64,000 bases of DNA from an uncultured bacterium (GCA_963726455.1 CAVSCK010000004.1:1248001-1312000); one strand, 5' to 3'. Numbered from the stretch's first letter, positions 10,351-19,744 are shown. Program-made: numbers and translations. The notes: a model not told the origin generated them from the letters alone.

Positions 10351-12139
10351 GTACCTTCGCTTCCTGGTGCTCCTGGAACTGCAGCCGGAACAACTTCTCG
10401 AAATAGCCCTTCTGCGCAAGCAGTTCCCGATAGGTTCCGCGTTCGATAATCCGCCCTTCGCGGATGACCAGAATCAAGTCCGCATCCAGAATGGTCGTCA
10501 GGCGGTGCGCGATGATCAACGACGTGCGTCCCGTGAGCAACCGCTTGAGGGCAATCTGTATCCGCTTCTCCGTGTGCGGATCGACCGAGCTGGTGGCTTC
10601 GTCGAGCAACAACACTTGCGGATTGAACACCATCGCCCGCGCAAATGACAACAGTTGCCGTTCGCCACGACTCAGATTGCCTCCGCGCTCGGAGACTTCG
10701 GTTTCATACTTCTTCGGCATTTTCTCGATAAAGCGATCTGCCGACACGAGGCGCGCCGTACTGCGCAATGCTTCCTCGGAAACGCCTTCCTGTTCCAGCG
10801 TGATGTTCTGTTTGACATTGCCGGGGAACAGGAAAATGTCCTGCAACACCAGGCCGAATTTCGCGCGCAAATCCTCGGTCGCGATGTTTCGGACATCGAT
10901 TCCGTCAACCAGCACGCGGCCTTCCGTCGGATCGTAGAAACGAAGCAATAGACTTATCAACGTGCTTTTGCCGCCGCCGGTAACGCCGACCAGAGCCACT
11001 TTCTGACCCTTCTTGATCTCGAATGACATCTCCCGAATAGCGAAATTGCCGTCGTTGGTGTATGACAGTCCGACGTTCTCAAACGCAATCGACTTCTCGA
11101 TACCCTGCCATTTCACCGGCAGCGCAGCTTCCGGAATCGCCTCTTCATTCGACAGAAGCGCAAATATCCGTCGCGCACCGGAAATGGCGCGCTGTACGAC
11201 ATAAAGCTGTTCCGACGCGCGGTGAATCGGCATAAAGAAGTACTGGATATAGGTTATGAACATCATCAGTGTTCCCGCCGTGGCGGTACTGCCCGACACC
11301 AGGTAGGCGCCGGCAAGAATCACCGATGCGATCGACACGCGCTCGATGAAGAACACCAGGTTGAAGAACGTCGTGTTGGCGATGTTCACCGCCGCATCGG
11401 CTCTGTACTTCTGGCGATTGGCCTCGTTTACGCGATCCCGCGCCAGCTTCTGGCGATTGAAAATCTGTACGATGCTCATACCCTGCAGGTACTCGGTGAT
11501 CGTGGCGATGATGTCCGCCATGCGTCTGCGCACTTCCAGGAAACGCGGATTCGTGTAGCGCTGATATATGTACAGTAGCACTACCACGATGGGTGCATAT
11601 GCCAACACCACCAGCGTCAGTCTCCAGTCGAAATAGAACATGACGGTAAACATGGCGACGATCAAAATCACGTCGCCGACCAGCATGACTACGGTCGAGG
11701 TGAAAAGCTGGCGCAAAGATTCGCCGTCGGATTCGACCCGCGAAAGCAGGCGTCCCACCGGGTTCCGGTCAAAGAATGACACCGACCGGCCGATGATGTG
11801 ATCGAAGCAGCGCTGCTTGAGCTTCAGGATCGCGTCCTGCCCGATTATTTCGAGATGCACCCGCTGCCAGTAGCTAGCCACTACAAACACTAGTTGCAGG
11901 GCGGCATAAATCACCGCGGTTCGTATCAAACCTGAACTGTCTTTGCCCGGGATGTCAATGTCAAGGGCACGCTTAATCAGGAGCGGGCCGACAATCGACA
12001 TCGATGTCGAAGCGGCTAACAAGATCATGTTGAAGATCAGTCGGCGTCGGTACGGCTTCAGCAGCGGCAGCAGCGCCTTGAATGCCTGCGTCGAGCTAAA
12101 GCCTTTTTCCTGTTCCTGTTCGTAATATGATTGATCCAT
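10337..12139 (-). CDS. ABC exporter TMD+NBD subunit (heterodimer partner)
   Basis: GVTGGGKS, LSRGERQ, LLDEATSSVD, AHRL. Confidence 0.92.
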   Translation of the reverse strand: MDQSYYEQEQEKGFSSTQAFKALLPLLKPYRRRLIFNMILLAASTSMSIVGPLLIKRALDIDIPGKDSSGLIRTAVIYAALQLVFVVASYWQRVHLEIIGQDAILKLKQRCFDHIIGRSVSFFDRNPVGRLLSRVESDGESLRQLFTSTVVMLVGDVILIVAMFTVMFYFDWRLTLVVLAYAPIVVVLLYIYQRYTNPRFLEVRRRMADIIATITEYLQGMSIVQIFNRQKLARDRVNEANRQKYRADAAVNIANTTFFNLVFFIERVSIASVILAGAYLVSGSTATAGTLMMFITYIQYFFMPIHRASEQLYVVQRAISGARRIFALLSNEEAIPEAALPVKWQGIEKSIAFENVGLSYTNDGNFAIREMSFEIKKGQKVALVGVTGGGKSTLISLLLRFYDPTEGRVLVDGIDVRNIATEDLRAKFGLVLQDIFLFPGNVKQNITLEQEGVSEEALRSTARLVSADRFIEKMPKKYETEVSERGGNLSRGERQLLSFARAMVFNPQVLLLDEATSSVDPHTEKRIQIALKRLLTGRTSLIIAHRLTTILDADLILVIREGRIIERGTYRELLAQKGYFEKLFRLQFQEHQEAKVHDVA

Positions 12140-12196
12140 CTAAATCTCTTAATACTAATGTCTACGCTTAAACTCTGTCTTGTGCCGACCTTCTGG

Positions 12197-12232
12197 AAAA
12201 AAAAGAGCCGGACTTCATCAGGAGTCCGGCTC
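12197..12232 (-). terminator. Intrinsic terminator / attenuator upstream of the ABC exporter
   Basis: Minus strand GAGCCGGACT-cctgatga-AGTCCGGCTC followed by T8; about 58 nt before the ABC start codon. Confidence 0.85.
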
Positions 12233-12258
12233 GGTATGTCCAAATATAGCCCAATGGC

Positions 12259-12351
12259 TTAAATTGGCGGCCTACACCGAGGCGGAACCCCTGCCGAGAC
12301 AGTATCATAAGACACTGCCAGGGTTGTCAATCTCATAAGGAAATTGTTCAT
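12259..12351 (-). CDS. Putative 30-aa leader peptide MNNFLMRLTTLAVSYDTVSAGVPPRCRPPI
   Basis: Hand translation; AGAGGAGA SD upstream; lies between the promoter and the terminator. Confidence 0.65.
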   Translation of the reverse strand: MNNFLMRLTTLAVSYDTVSAGVPPRCRPPI

Positions 12352-12424
12352 CTAGGGTTCTCTCCTCTGCAAAAGCACCCGGATACACCCCGGCTGCTGA
12401 CAAATAGTAACTTGAACTACGCTG

Positions 12425-12452
12425 AGTATAGCCCAAGGTTTCGGCGTGTCAA
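12425..12452 (-). promoter_or_regulatory. Sigma70-type promoter for the leader/ABC operon
   Basis: TTGACA-16 nt-TATACT on the minus strand. Confidence 0.7.
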
Positions 12453-12493
12453 GAAAAAAATTCACTTTCTTCGACCGAACTTCGACAAGACGT

Positions 12494-13054
12494 CTAGGGC
12501 AGCTTGGATTTCACGGAAAGTGTAGCGACAACGGTTTTAGTGGTCTTGTCTTCGATTGTCACGAGCCACGTAGGTTCGGAATACTTCACGTCAAAGCTGT
12601 AGCGGTGTTTCGCCTTTACGGTAAGAGGCATCCGAAATGGTTCAGTTACGAAATCCCTTATTCCCTTCGGTCGCAGAAAACTTCCGGCACACCTCACTGT
12701 CAGTTCGTGAGGCCCGGGTGACAACATGACTCTCCGAAGTTGGTAAGACTCCGCGAATTCCGCACCTGCTTTGTCATAGCCCCAGCCAGTACTTGGATTA
12801 CCCGGCCGTTCGGCCTGGCTGTAGTCGTCCTTCACGCCATGAAGGATCATCGAGACAGACAACGTGTCAATCTTCACTGCGTAAACAAGCATGGTGCTGT
12901 CTGACGAAGTGCGCCCCTTTTGGGTACACAATTGGAATTCGGCAACGGAATCCTTGGGCATTTGTTTCCCGTCAAACGTTTTGGCTGTGCCTCCGCAAAT
13001 GCCGTATCCGTTCACAACGAGACTGATCGTAATTAACGCGAGAATCGTCCTCAT
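12494..13054 (-). CDS. Secreted hypothetical protein, tandem paralog 3
   Basis: Start MRTILAL with GAAAGGA SD; DGKQMPKDSVAEF ... AKHRYSF ... WLVTIEDKTTK. Confidence 0.7.
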   Translation of the reverse strand: MRTILALITISLVVNGYGICGGTAKTFDGKQMPKDSVAEFQLCTQKGRTSSDSTMLVYAVKIDTLSVSMILHGVKDDYSQAERPGNPSTGWGYDKAGAEFAESYQLRRVMLSPGPHELTVRCAGSFLRPKGIRDFVTEPFRMPLTVKAKHRYSFDVKYSEPTWLVTIEDKTTKTVVATLSVKSKLP

Positions 13055-13269
13055 AATGTGTCCTTTCCCGCAGGCGATATGGGGCCTGTTTACGTTCGGC
13101 GCAGTGACTCGCAAAACGCCCTCAAATGATTTCGGATAGAGTGAATTAAGAGCGCGACCCTGGGGCGAACAAGAAAAATCTTTTGCACTTACGTGGAGTG
13201 TAGACAAGGGCTAACTCGTCCCAAGGCAGGATCATGGAGTTTTCCGAAGCCCTCCATTGCCGATTCCCG

Positions 13270-13842
13270 TCACTCTACGATTGGTGACGTGCCCGCTACC
13301 CGTACCTTCGTGCCTCGATCTTCAATCCACACATCCCAATTGTTGCGAACGATCTTACCTCCGAGTCGATAGCGATGCCCGGCAACACAGTCAAACGCCA
13401 GAGGAATCGGCGATGAATACACAATCCGCCGTATAGACTTTTCGCTTCTCCGGCCGGTGCACTTGATCACGATAATATGGCGGCCTTGCGCCAGATAGAC
13501 TTTGCCGACTTTCTCCGCCAAGTCAAAGTCAACCAGGGCCGAGTCCAGTTGTTCGAGGGGGTTTGAAGCTGGAGCCACAGAGTCGGCCCCTTGATTCTTC
13601 CTTTGACCTCCGGAATGAAGTTGGGAAGTGGTGATCGTGTCAATTTGGCTGGCGTATACAAACAGGATCGTATCCAAAAAGCGATTGCCGACCTTTTGGA
13701 AGATGTCCAGTTCCGCCACCGAGTTCTTTGGCATCTTGCGTCCGTCGACTAGCTTAACATCACCGGCAGATACATGGGCTATCGCAGTTAGTAGACATGT
13801 GAACAAAAAAGCTGAGACAATCCTCATAGTGTGCTTCCTCAT
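13270..13842 (-). CDS. Secreted hypothetical protein, tandem paralog 2
   Basis: Signal peptide; DGRKMPKNSVAEL ... AGHRYRL ... WDVWIEDRGTK. Confidence 0.7.
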   Translation of the reverse strand: MRKHTMRIVSAFLFTCLLTAIAHVSAGDVKLVDGRKMPKNSVAELDIFQKVGNRFLDTILFVYASQIDTITTSQLHSGGQRKNQGADSVAPASNPLEQLDSALVDFDLAEKVGKVYLAQGRHIIVIKCTGRRSEKSIRRIVYSSPIPLAFDCVAGHRYRLGGKIVRNNWDVWIEDRGTKVRVAGTSPIVE

Positions 13843-14393
13843 TGCAAAACCTGTGCCGTTGTCGCAACGGTATCCTTAGTATCTTTATCCTCAATCCAGA
13901 CGTTCCACTTATCGACGACGATCGCCGCTCTCAGCCAGTAGCGGTGACCCGCCAGGCATTTCAGCGATAAAGGGATACGAGATGAAATTAAGCATGCGAG
14001 TCGACCTCTACCCTCAATCATACCATAGCAATTTGCTTTCACAATGTGCTTCCCAGGAGCTAGGTAGATTTTACCCGCGATGCCGATCCAATCACAATAC
14101 GCGCCTTCCGAAACTTGCACTTCCAGAAACACCGGGATATCGGAGAGAGTATCAACTTTTACCGGTTGGCGTTCGCTTCCATGAAACAGTTGGGGAGACG
14201 AAACACCATCCACCTCTGCTACCAGCACATCCCATGTGCTGTCCTGAGCCTGCCCTCCTTTGCCGGAAAGGTCGAATTCCGCAGTCAGTTCCTTCGACAT
14301 CTTCCTCCCGTCCAGAGTCCTGACTCTGCCCGTCGGCGCGCAGCCCAGAGCCAGCAACATCGATAGCATGATCGTCACGGCGCACGATTTCAT
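13839..14393 (-). CDS. Putative lipoprotein, tandem paralog 1
   Basis: MKSCAV...LALGC lipobox; DGRKMSKELTAEF ... AGHRYWL ... WNVWIEDKDTK. Confidence 0.7.
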   Translation of the reverse strand: MKSCAVTIMLSMLLALGCAPTGRVRTLDGRKMSKELTAEFDLSGKGGQAQDSTWDVLVAEVDGVSSPQLFHGSERQPVKVDTLSDIPVFLEVQVSEGAYCDWIGIAGKIYLAPGKHIVKANCYGMIEGRGRLACLISSRIPLSLKCLAGHRYWLRAAIVVDKWNVWIEDKDTKDTVATTAQVLQ

Positions 14394-14699
14394 CGAGGTA
14401 CTTTTCCTACTCCAGTATCTGGTAGCTGCTATGGTACACTGACGGATTACGGATGACAAACTCTTTTCTTTACTTTTTTGCCCGGAGGGAATCTTTTGCG
14501 CACTGCATAGTCCCGCATCAGCTTGAGGCAAAGAGTCCGAAATTTTCTAATGTAGCTTTCTGGGCGGTCAAATATAGGGCGTGGAGCATCAAGAATGAAC
14601 GAAAAGGCAGAAAATTCACATTTTGACCTCTACGCGCCGAAATTCTCTTGCCATTAGATATGGTTTCCGACATTATTAGACATATTAAGAGGTACTAAG

Positions 14700-15575
14700 A
14701 TGAAGATTGGTGAGATCGTCCGTAGATCGTTCATTCTTGCATGGGAACTCAAGAGTCTCTGGATCTTCGCGTTTTTCCTGACTCCCAATCTCATTGGAAT
14801 TCGATTGTATAACCCTCAGTACGATCCAGCGGGGGACTTTCCCTGGGAACAAATACTCCGCTTTATGATGATTGGCGGGATTGCTGCCGCGTTCTATATG
14901 TTTGTGACGCCGATGATTCAGGCAACGCTGATTATCATTGTCTTCCAACGGGAGCGGGGCACTCGCATGACCCTCAAGGATGGTATCAGTCGCTCCCTGG
15001 ATTACTACTGGCGATGTTTTCTGCTCAGTCTTTATTGGCTGTTCATCGCGCTCTTAATAGGAATTGCGGCGACGTTGATCCTGGTTCCGGCGTTCCTGGT
15101 CCATCTCGCTGTCGGACTACTTGTCTCGTTTGTCATGGTACCGGTCTTGCTTTTGCTGCTTCTCGCATATCTTGCCGTCACCGCCTACTCGTATCGCTTT
15201 GTCGTGATCGAAAATCAGAGCGTTCGTACCGCCATCAAAACCACCTACTCGTTCTTCAAGGAGCGTAAGGCGCAGTCGCTTATCGCGTCGGTAGCCAATT
15301 TTGCGATCGCATTCGGGATTAGCATGGTCACCGGCATCGTGGTGGTTATGGTTCAATTTCTGCTCGCGCTACCTGCGGTAGTGGCAGGAGAGTCTCTGCT
15401 GTCGGTTGGCTCTAATCTCCCATCCGTGGCGTTTTCGGTAGTAGTCTCGCTGGTGGTCATGGGATTCTGCAGTCTTTTCAATTCGGCGTTCTGGACAATA
15501 TTCATTGTGGGGTCATACAGCTGGCCGGCCGTGACAGTGGCAGACACGCCACCGTTGCCTTCATTTGAGGTCTGA
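14700..15575 (+). CDS. Polytopic membrane protein of unknown function
   Basis: 291 aa, about 6 TM; FVVIENQSVRTAIKTT resembles glycerophosphodiesterase-membrane-domain-like families; GAGG SD. Confidence 0.7.
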   Translation: MKIGEIVRRSFILAWELKSLWIFAFFLTPNLIGIRLYNPQYDPAGDFPWEQILRFMMIGGIAAAFYMFVTPMIQATLIIIVFQRERGTRMTLKDGISRSLDYYWRCFLLSLYWLFIALLIGIAATLILVPAFLVHLAVGLLVSFVMVPVLLLLLLAYLAVTAYSYRFVVIENQSVRTAIKTTYSFFKERKAQSLIASVANFAIAFGISMVTGIVVVMVQFLLALPAVVAGESLLSVGSNLPSVAFSVVVSLVVMGFCSLFNSAFWTIFIVGSYSWPAVTVADTPPLPSFEV

Positions 15576-15700
15576 ATCCAGCGTCAGCAGATTCATGTTA
15601 ATTTCGAGTGCCTCAATCTTGACAAAGTCATACTGCTATCGCTACTTTGAAGCTGTTAGATGAATCAATACAATCGAAAACGAACGGAGGCAATAGAGCC

Positions 15701-16018
15701 ATGTTGAAACCATCTTATAATCCTGACGACCCACTTGAAGTGTCGGAATTTCTGCGGGCACTAGTCACCACCTGGGCGGACAAGAACGAGGGACCATCGC
15801 GGGCCAGACGCGCGATCCAGGATATCGCGGGATCAGGCGACGACGGTATGCGGCTGCTGAGAGAATGCAGTGCTTTGATTGGCCGCTATCACGTAGGCGC
15901 CACCGATATGCGCCTATTCCCACTTAACGTGATTGCCGGACGACCGATCCCGGTTGCCGATATTTTGAGGTCAATGCAGCAGGAGCTGAACACCTACATC
16001 CGGCGTCTGATGGTCTAG
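15701..16018 (+). CDS. Hypothetical protein
   Basis: GGAGG SD before ATG 15701; 105 aa; no recognised motif. Confidence 0.55.
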   Translation: MLKPSYNPDDPLEVSEFLRALVTTWADKNEGPSRARRAIQDIAGSGDDGMRLLRECSALIGRYHVGATDMRLFPLNVIAGRPIPVADILRSMQQELNTYIRRLMV

Positions 16019-16070
16019 TTTGGGCCGAAATTTCTGTAGATCAGTTATCATGGCCCATCATTTTCGGAAC

Positions 16071-16097
16071 TTGACAAGCGAACGTACGATATATACT
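16071..16097 (+). promoter_or_regulatory. Candidate ssrA promoter
   Basis: TTGACA ... TATACT with a short 15-nt spacer, about 50 nt upstream of the tmRNA. Confidence 0.45.
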
Positions 16098-16148
16098 TAT
16101 GAGAGGTGCGCGGCGGGTTTCTGTCGCGTACATCAGACAAGTATCCTT

Positions 16149-16514
16149 GGGGGTGATTTGGTTTCGACGGGGTTACCGAGGATTGACTTGCGCGCCGAGT
16201 TTGCGCCAGACTCGTTAAACGGGTGCAAAACAATTAGCTGGCAACTATGCCATTGCTGCCTAACTAGCAAAAACTAGTTAAGCCGTCGGGCGCGAGGCCC
16301 GCCATCAGGCGTCGCGTTTCCGGCGTCGACAAATGATGGATAGCTTCAACGTTTGGCTTGGCGATGAAGAAGCGAAACTACAAGCGAAGCTGGTCTAACG
16401 CCAGCCTTAGTCTTTCGGCGGTGCGTTAGACGAGAAATAAATGAAAGAACACGCGCGTAGACGGTTAGTTGTCGGTTTCTTCGGACGGGGGTTCGATTCC
16501 CCCCACCTCCACCA
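16149..16514 (+). ncRNA. ssrA: tmRNA
   Basis: 5' GGGGGTGATTTGGTTTCGAC; 3' GGGGGTTCGATTCCCCCCACCTCCACCA; G3-U wobble in the acceptor stem; pk1; tag frame ending GNYAIAA*. Confidence 0.97.
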
Positions 16515-16583
16515 TTTTCAAGTGTCAAGGACGAGGCGGTTCTGATATTCGTTCCTGTAACCTGAGAAAAGGACTCAGCTAGG

Positions 16584-17351
16584 ATGCAGATCAAAGCGAA
16601 CTGTGATATCTACTACGATGACATCGTACGTGTGCTTTCTGGGCCCCTAGAAGGGCGAGTAGGAGTTGTGGATGACGAAGAATCGGGGAACGCCATTGTG
16701 CACTTTGGGGGATACTTTCTTACTCCGCAATATTACTTGATCGATCCGGATAACCTGAAACACTGCAGCGTCGATGATTATCTCAAACGGGAAGCGGAGA
16801 TCGTTACAGCACTTTTCACAAATCATGATCGTTCTTGGAAACATCGGTATGAGCTTCTTGCTGAACTCGAATTGATCAGAGGGGAGCTTGCCGCGGGCCT
16901 CAATCCAACTGACATGTGGTTTGACAAGAAGACGAGACGCAAGATCACAAAGGTATTCCTTGCGCACTCTGCAAATGACAAGCCCATCGCCAGGGCAATT
17001 CGTCTTGACCTCTTGAATAGAGGTTTCGATGTGTGGATAGACGAACAGGAAATCTTCGCCGGTGAGTCAATACCAGTCAAGATATCGAGAGCGATTGCAG
17101 AGTCGCACTTCATGGTTGTTCTTCTGTCTGGCGCTTCTGTTGCGTCAAAGTGGGTGGAAAAAGAATGGGCAACGAAGATTATCCAGGAAATTCCAGCGGG
17201 CAGAGTTTCCATTATTCCTGCCCTTTTGGAGCCCTGCGCCATACCAGCCGTATTGAGAGACAAGAGGTATGCGGACTTCACGGAGAGCTACGGGGACGGC
17301 CTAAGAGAGTTGGTCAAGGGGCTAGCCAGACCGAGGGCAACAAAGAGGTGA
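16584..17351 (+). CDS. KOW-like + TIR domain protein
   Basis: N-terminal IVRVLSGPLEGRVGVV (KOW-like); TIR motifs KVFLAHS.NDK, DVWIDE.EI..GE, SKWVEKEW, IIPALLE, YADF. Confidence 0.85.
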   Translation: MQIKANCDIYYDDIVRVLSGPLEGRVGVVDDEESGNAIVHFGGYFLTPQYYLIDPDNLKHCSVDDYLKREAEIVTALFTNHDRSWKHRYELLAELELIRGELAAGLNPTDMWFDKKTRRKITKVFLAHSANDKPIARAIRLDLLNRGFDVWIDEQEIFAGESIPVKISRAIAESHFMVVLLSGASVASKWVEKEWATKIIQEIPAGRVSIIPALLEPCAIPAVLRDKRYADFTESYGDGLRELVKGLARPRATKR

Positions 17352-17476
17352 AGGAGTGGTCATAATCATGAGGAGTCCTTGCTTCTGCTGATGGAGCTAC
17401 TTTCTGGAGTGTCAAGACCGAGGCGGTTCTGGCCTGCGCGATTGCGAGAAATTCGCTCCGTGAAGCGTTTGGCCAT

Positions 17477-18442
17477 ATGTTGAAAAGCGAAAATCGGTGG
17501 AGAGCCGTCCCGAGCGATAGTGGAACCATCTTTGAGCTTTTGAATAGGCAACTCATCGCGTTTTCGGAAGAGCATGAGGATGGCTTGCCCGAAATAGGCA
17601 CTGGGAAGAACGTCTTTGTAGGTAGCGACTACAGCGGCGAGCATCAGGAGGCCGACTACGAAGTGTATGCAATCCTAGTGGCACCCCTCGACAGTTGTAT
17701 GGAATGGGAATCGCGGCGAAGCGAAGTCAGAGAGAAATATCTTTCTGACGGTCGTAGAATGTCCTTCAAGGCCCTTCGCGATAAGAGGTGCCTCTCGGCC
17801 CTTCCGGAGTTCCTGGAAGCTGCTGATCATATTCCAGGACTCTGCGTGGCCTTTGCGGTACACAAGTCCGTGGGTTCACTTTTCGACAATCTAATATCAC
17901 CGAGATCTGAAGATCCCCTATTTCTGCCGTACCTGGGCTGGCCAAAGCATGTGCTCGAAAAGGCCGGTCGCCTCGCGCACTTCACGGGCTTTTTGCTGGG
18001 CGGGCTCTGCTCGTCAGGCCAGAACCTGCTTTGGATTACGGACGAAGATGCCGTGGCAGCTAACGTGGAACGCCTGAAGCAGTTCACCGATCTTTGTGGA
18101 TGGATCACAAGCCGCTATTTGAGTTTCGACATGGGACACATTAGGATCGGCACAACGGCTTCCGACAACGGCAGCAGATCTGTCGAGGATCTTGTTTCAG
18201 TTGCAGATATCGTTGCGGGAGCCATTTCTGAACAGCTCACCGCCCGGCGACGTTACGACTTCATCGACCCGACTAAAGTGTTCTGGCTCGCGAATCCAGA
18301 ATTCTCACATAAGACCAAGGACATAACATGGTGGTTTGCGTCTGTTCGTCAGCCGCTGAAGCGTCTTGTCTTCGTGATCGATGGAGAGGACAATTCCGTC
18401 AAAACCAAGGTGAGTTTCTTCCACTTCCACGATAGGTCGTAA
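17477..18442 (+). CDS. Hypothetical protein, possibly DUF3800 / RNase H-like fold
   Basis: VFVGSDYSG, WITDED and EDLVSVADIVAG give an acidic motif spacing resembling DUF3800; not confirmed. Confidence 0.5.
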   Translation: MLKSENRWRAVPSDSGTIFELLNRQLIAFSEEHEDGLPEIGTGKNVFVGSDYSGEHQEADYEVYAILVAPLDSCMEWESRRSEVREKYLSDGRRMSFKALRDKRCLSALPEFLEAADHIPGLCVAFAVHKSVGSLFDNLISPRSEDPLFLPYLGWPKHVLEKAGRLAHFTGFLLGGLCSSGQNLLWITDEDAVAANVERLKQFTDLCGWITSRYLSFDMGHIRIGTTASDNGSRSVEDLVSVADIVAGAISEQLTARRRYDFIDPTKVFWLANPEFSHKTKDITWWFASVRQPLKRLVFVIDGEDNSVKTKVSFFHFHDRS

Positions 18443-18559
18443 CGCATCATGGGTGGTGGCCCTTCGTGAAAGCAACAGGTAGGAGCGTTCTAGCTTGCCC
18501 AGTCGGCGTCTGTCTCGTGGCCGGAGATAAATGAACAGGTGAAGCGAAAGGAGCGGAGC

Positions 18560-19270
18560 ATGTTTAAATCCTTGAAACGGGCTTTTGCCCTAACAGATGG
18601 GTTAGAGGAACTGAAGAGGTTCAGTCCGATAACGTTTTTCGTAGAGAGAGTCTTCTTCTGCTTTCAGTACCTGTCGCCTGCGAATCTGCTATTCGGAACC
18701 CGCACGAGAGCCCACGAGATGGGCAAAGACGAAGAGAAATTCAGAGAAGTAACGGTAAAGAGGGGCCGCAAAATCGACGGCTACGTTCTGTGTTGGTTCG
18801 TTGTGTTGCTCCTCTGTGCTGTTGCCGCGGCGGACTCCCGAGAACCATTCAAGGCATTGATCATATTCCTGCCCGTACTCAGGATCTTCGACATTATGCA
18901 AGTTGCGATTAATATGGTAGTATTCGATCACTTGCGGACTACGCGAAAGCATTCCGTTTCTAGCGTTACCAGAACCCTTGTTATGGGGCTTTGGAACTTC
19001 GTCGAAATGGTGATCGCGTTCGGTATCCTATACTCCGCCATTATGCCGCAGATCGAAAATGCCAAGACTTGGTTCGACCCCTACTACTTCAGTGTCATAA
19101 CTCAATTGACCATCGGCTATGGTGATCTCACGCCGATCGGAGTGGCTCGAATGGTGACTGCTGTCCAAGGCATAGTAGGTGTTGTGTATGTGGTCATGAT
19201 GTTGTCAAGGTTCGTCTCTCTCATGCCCCGTATCGGCTCAGTCCAGACTAGCGAGAATCGCAAGGCATAG
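18560..19270 (+). CDS. Potassium-channel pore (Ion_trans_2) membrane protein
   Basis: YFSVITQLTIGYGDLTP selectivity filter flanked by TM helices; AGGAG SD. Confidence 0.85.
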   Translation: MFKSLKRAFALTDGLEELKRFSPITFFVERVFFCFQYLSPANLLFGTRTRAHEMGKDEEKFREVTVKRGRKIDGYVLCWFVVLLLCAVAAADSREPFKALIIFLPVLRIFDIMQVAINMVVFDHLRTTRKHSVSSVTRTLVMGLWNFVEMVIAFGILYSAIMPQIENAKTWFDPYYFSVITQLTIGYGDLTPIGVARMVTAVQGIVGVVYVVMMLSRFVSLMPRIGSVQTSENRKA

Positions 19271-19365
19271 GCTTGCCGTCCATGGCGGACACAAACTTGG
19301 GTGTCTGCCATTAGGCGACAGGGACCTGTGCCGCCAGCGGAAATCGAATTCAAGCTTCGACCAAA

Positions 19366-19684
19366 CGCCGAGTTTGCGCCAGACTCGTTAAACGGGTGCA
19401 AAACAATTAGCTGGCAACTATGCCATTGCTGCCTAACTAGCAAAAACTAGTTAAGCCGTCGGGCGCGAGGCCCGCCATCAGGCGTCGCGTTTCCGGCGTC
19501 GACAAATGATGGATAGCTTCAACGTTTGGCTTGGCGATGAAGAAGCGAAACTACAAGCGAAGCTGGTCTGACGCCAGCCTTAGTCTTTCGGCGGTGCGTC
19601 AGACGAGAAATAAATGAAAGAACACGCGCGTAGACGGTCAGTTGCCGGTTTCTTCGGACGGGGGTTCGATTCCCCCCACCTCCA
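19366..19684 (+). pseudogene. tmRNA copy 2, 5'-truncated (319 bp, equivalent to 16193-16511)
   Basis: Hand alignment shows 4 substitutions versus ssrA; lacks the first 44 nt and the encoded CCA. Confidence 0.95.
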
Positions 19685-19744
19685 ATAATTAAAGTGTAAA
19701 CCCTCAGGAAATCCTGACGTACACAACTATCAGTTGGTACGAAT

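Noticed and set aside
16020-16594. ORFs 16020-16277, 16048-16233 and 16346-16594
   Set aside because: Shadow ORFs overlapping the tmRNA gene.
18443-18540. DUF3800-associated RNA motif, or a further tmRNA remnant (GAGATAAATGAA)
   Set aside because: The match is too short and I see no convincing structure by eye; needs an Rfam cmscan.
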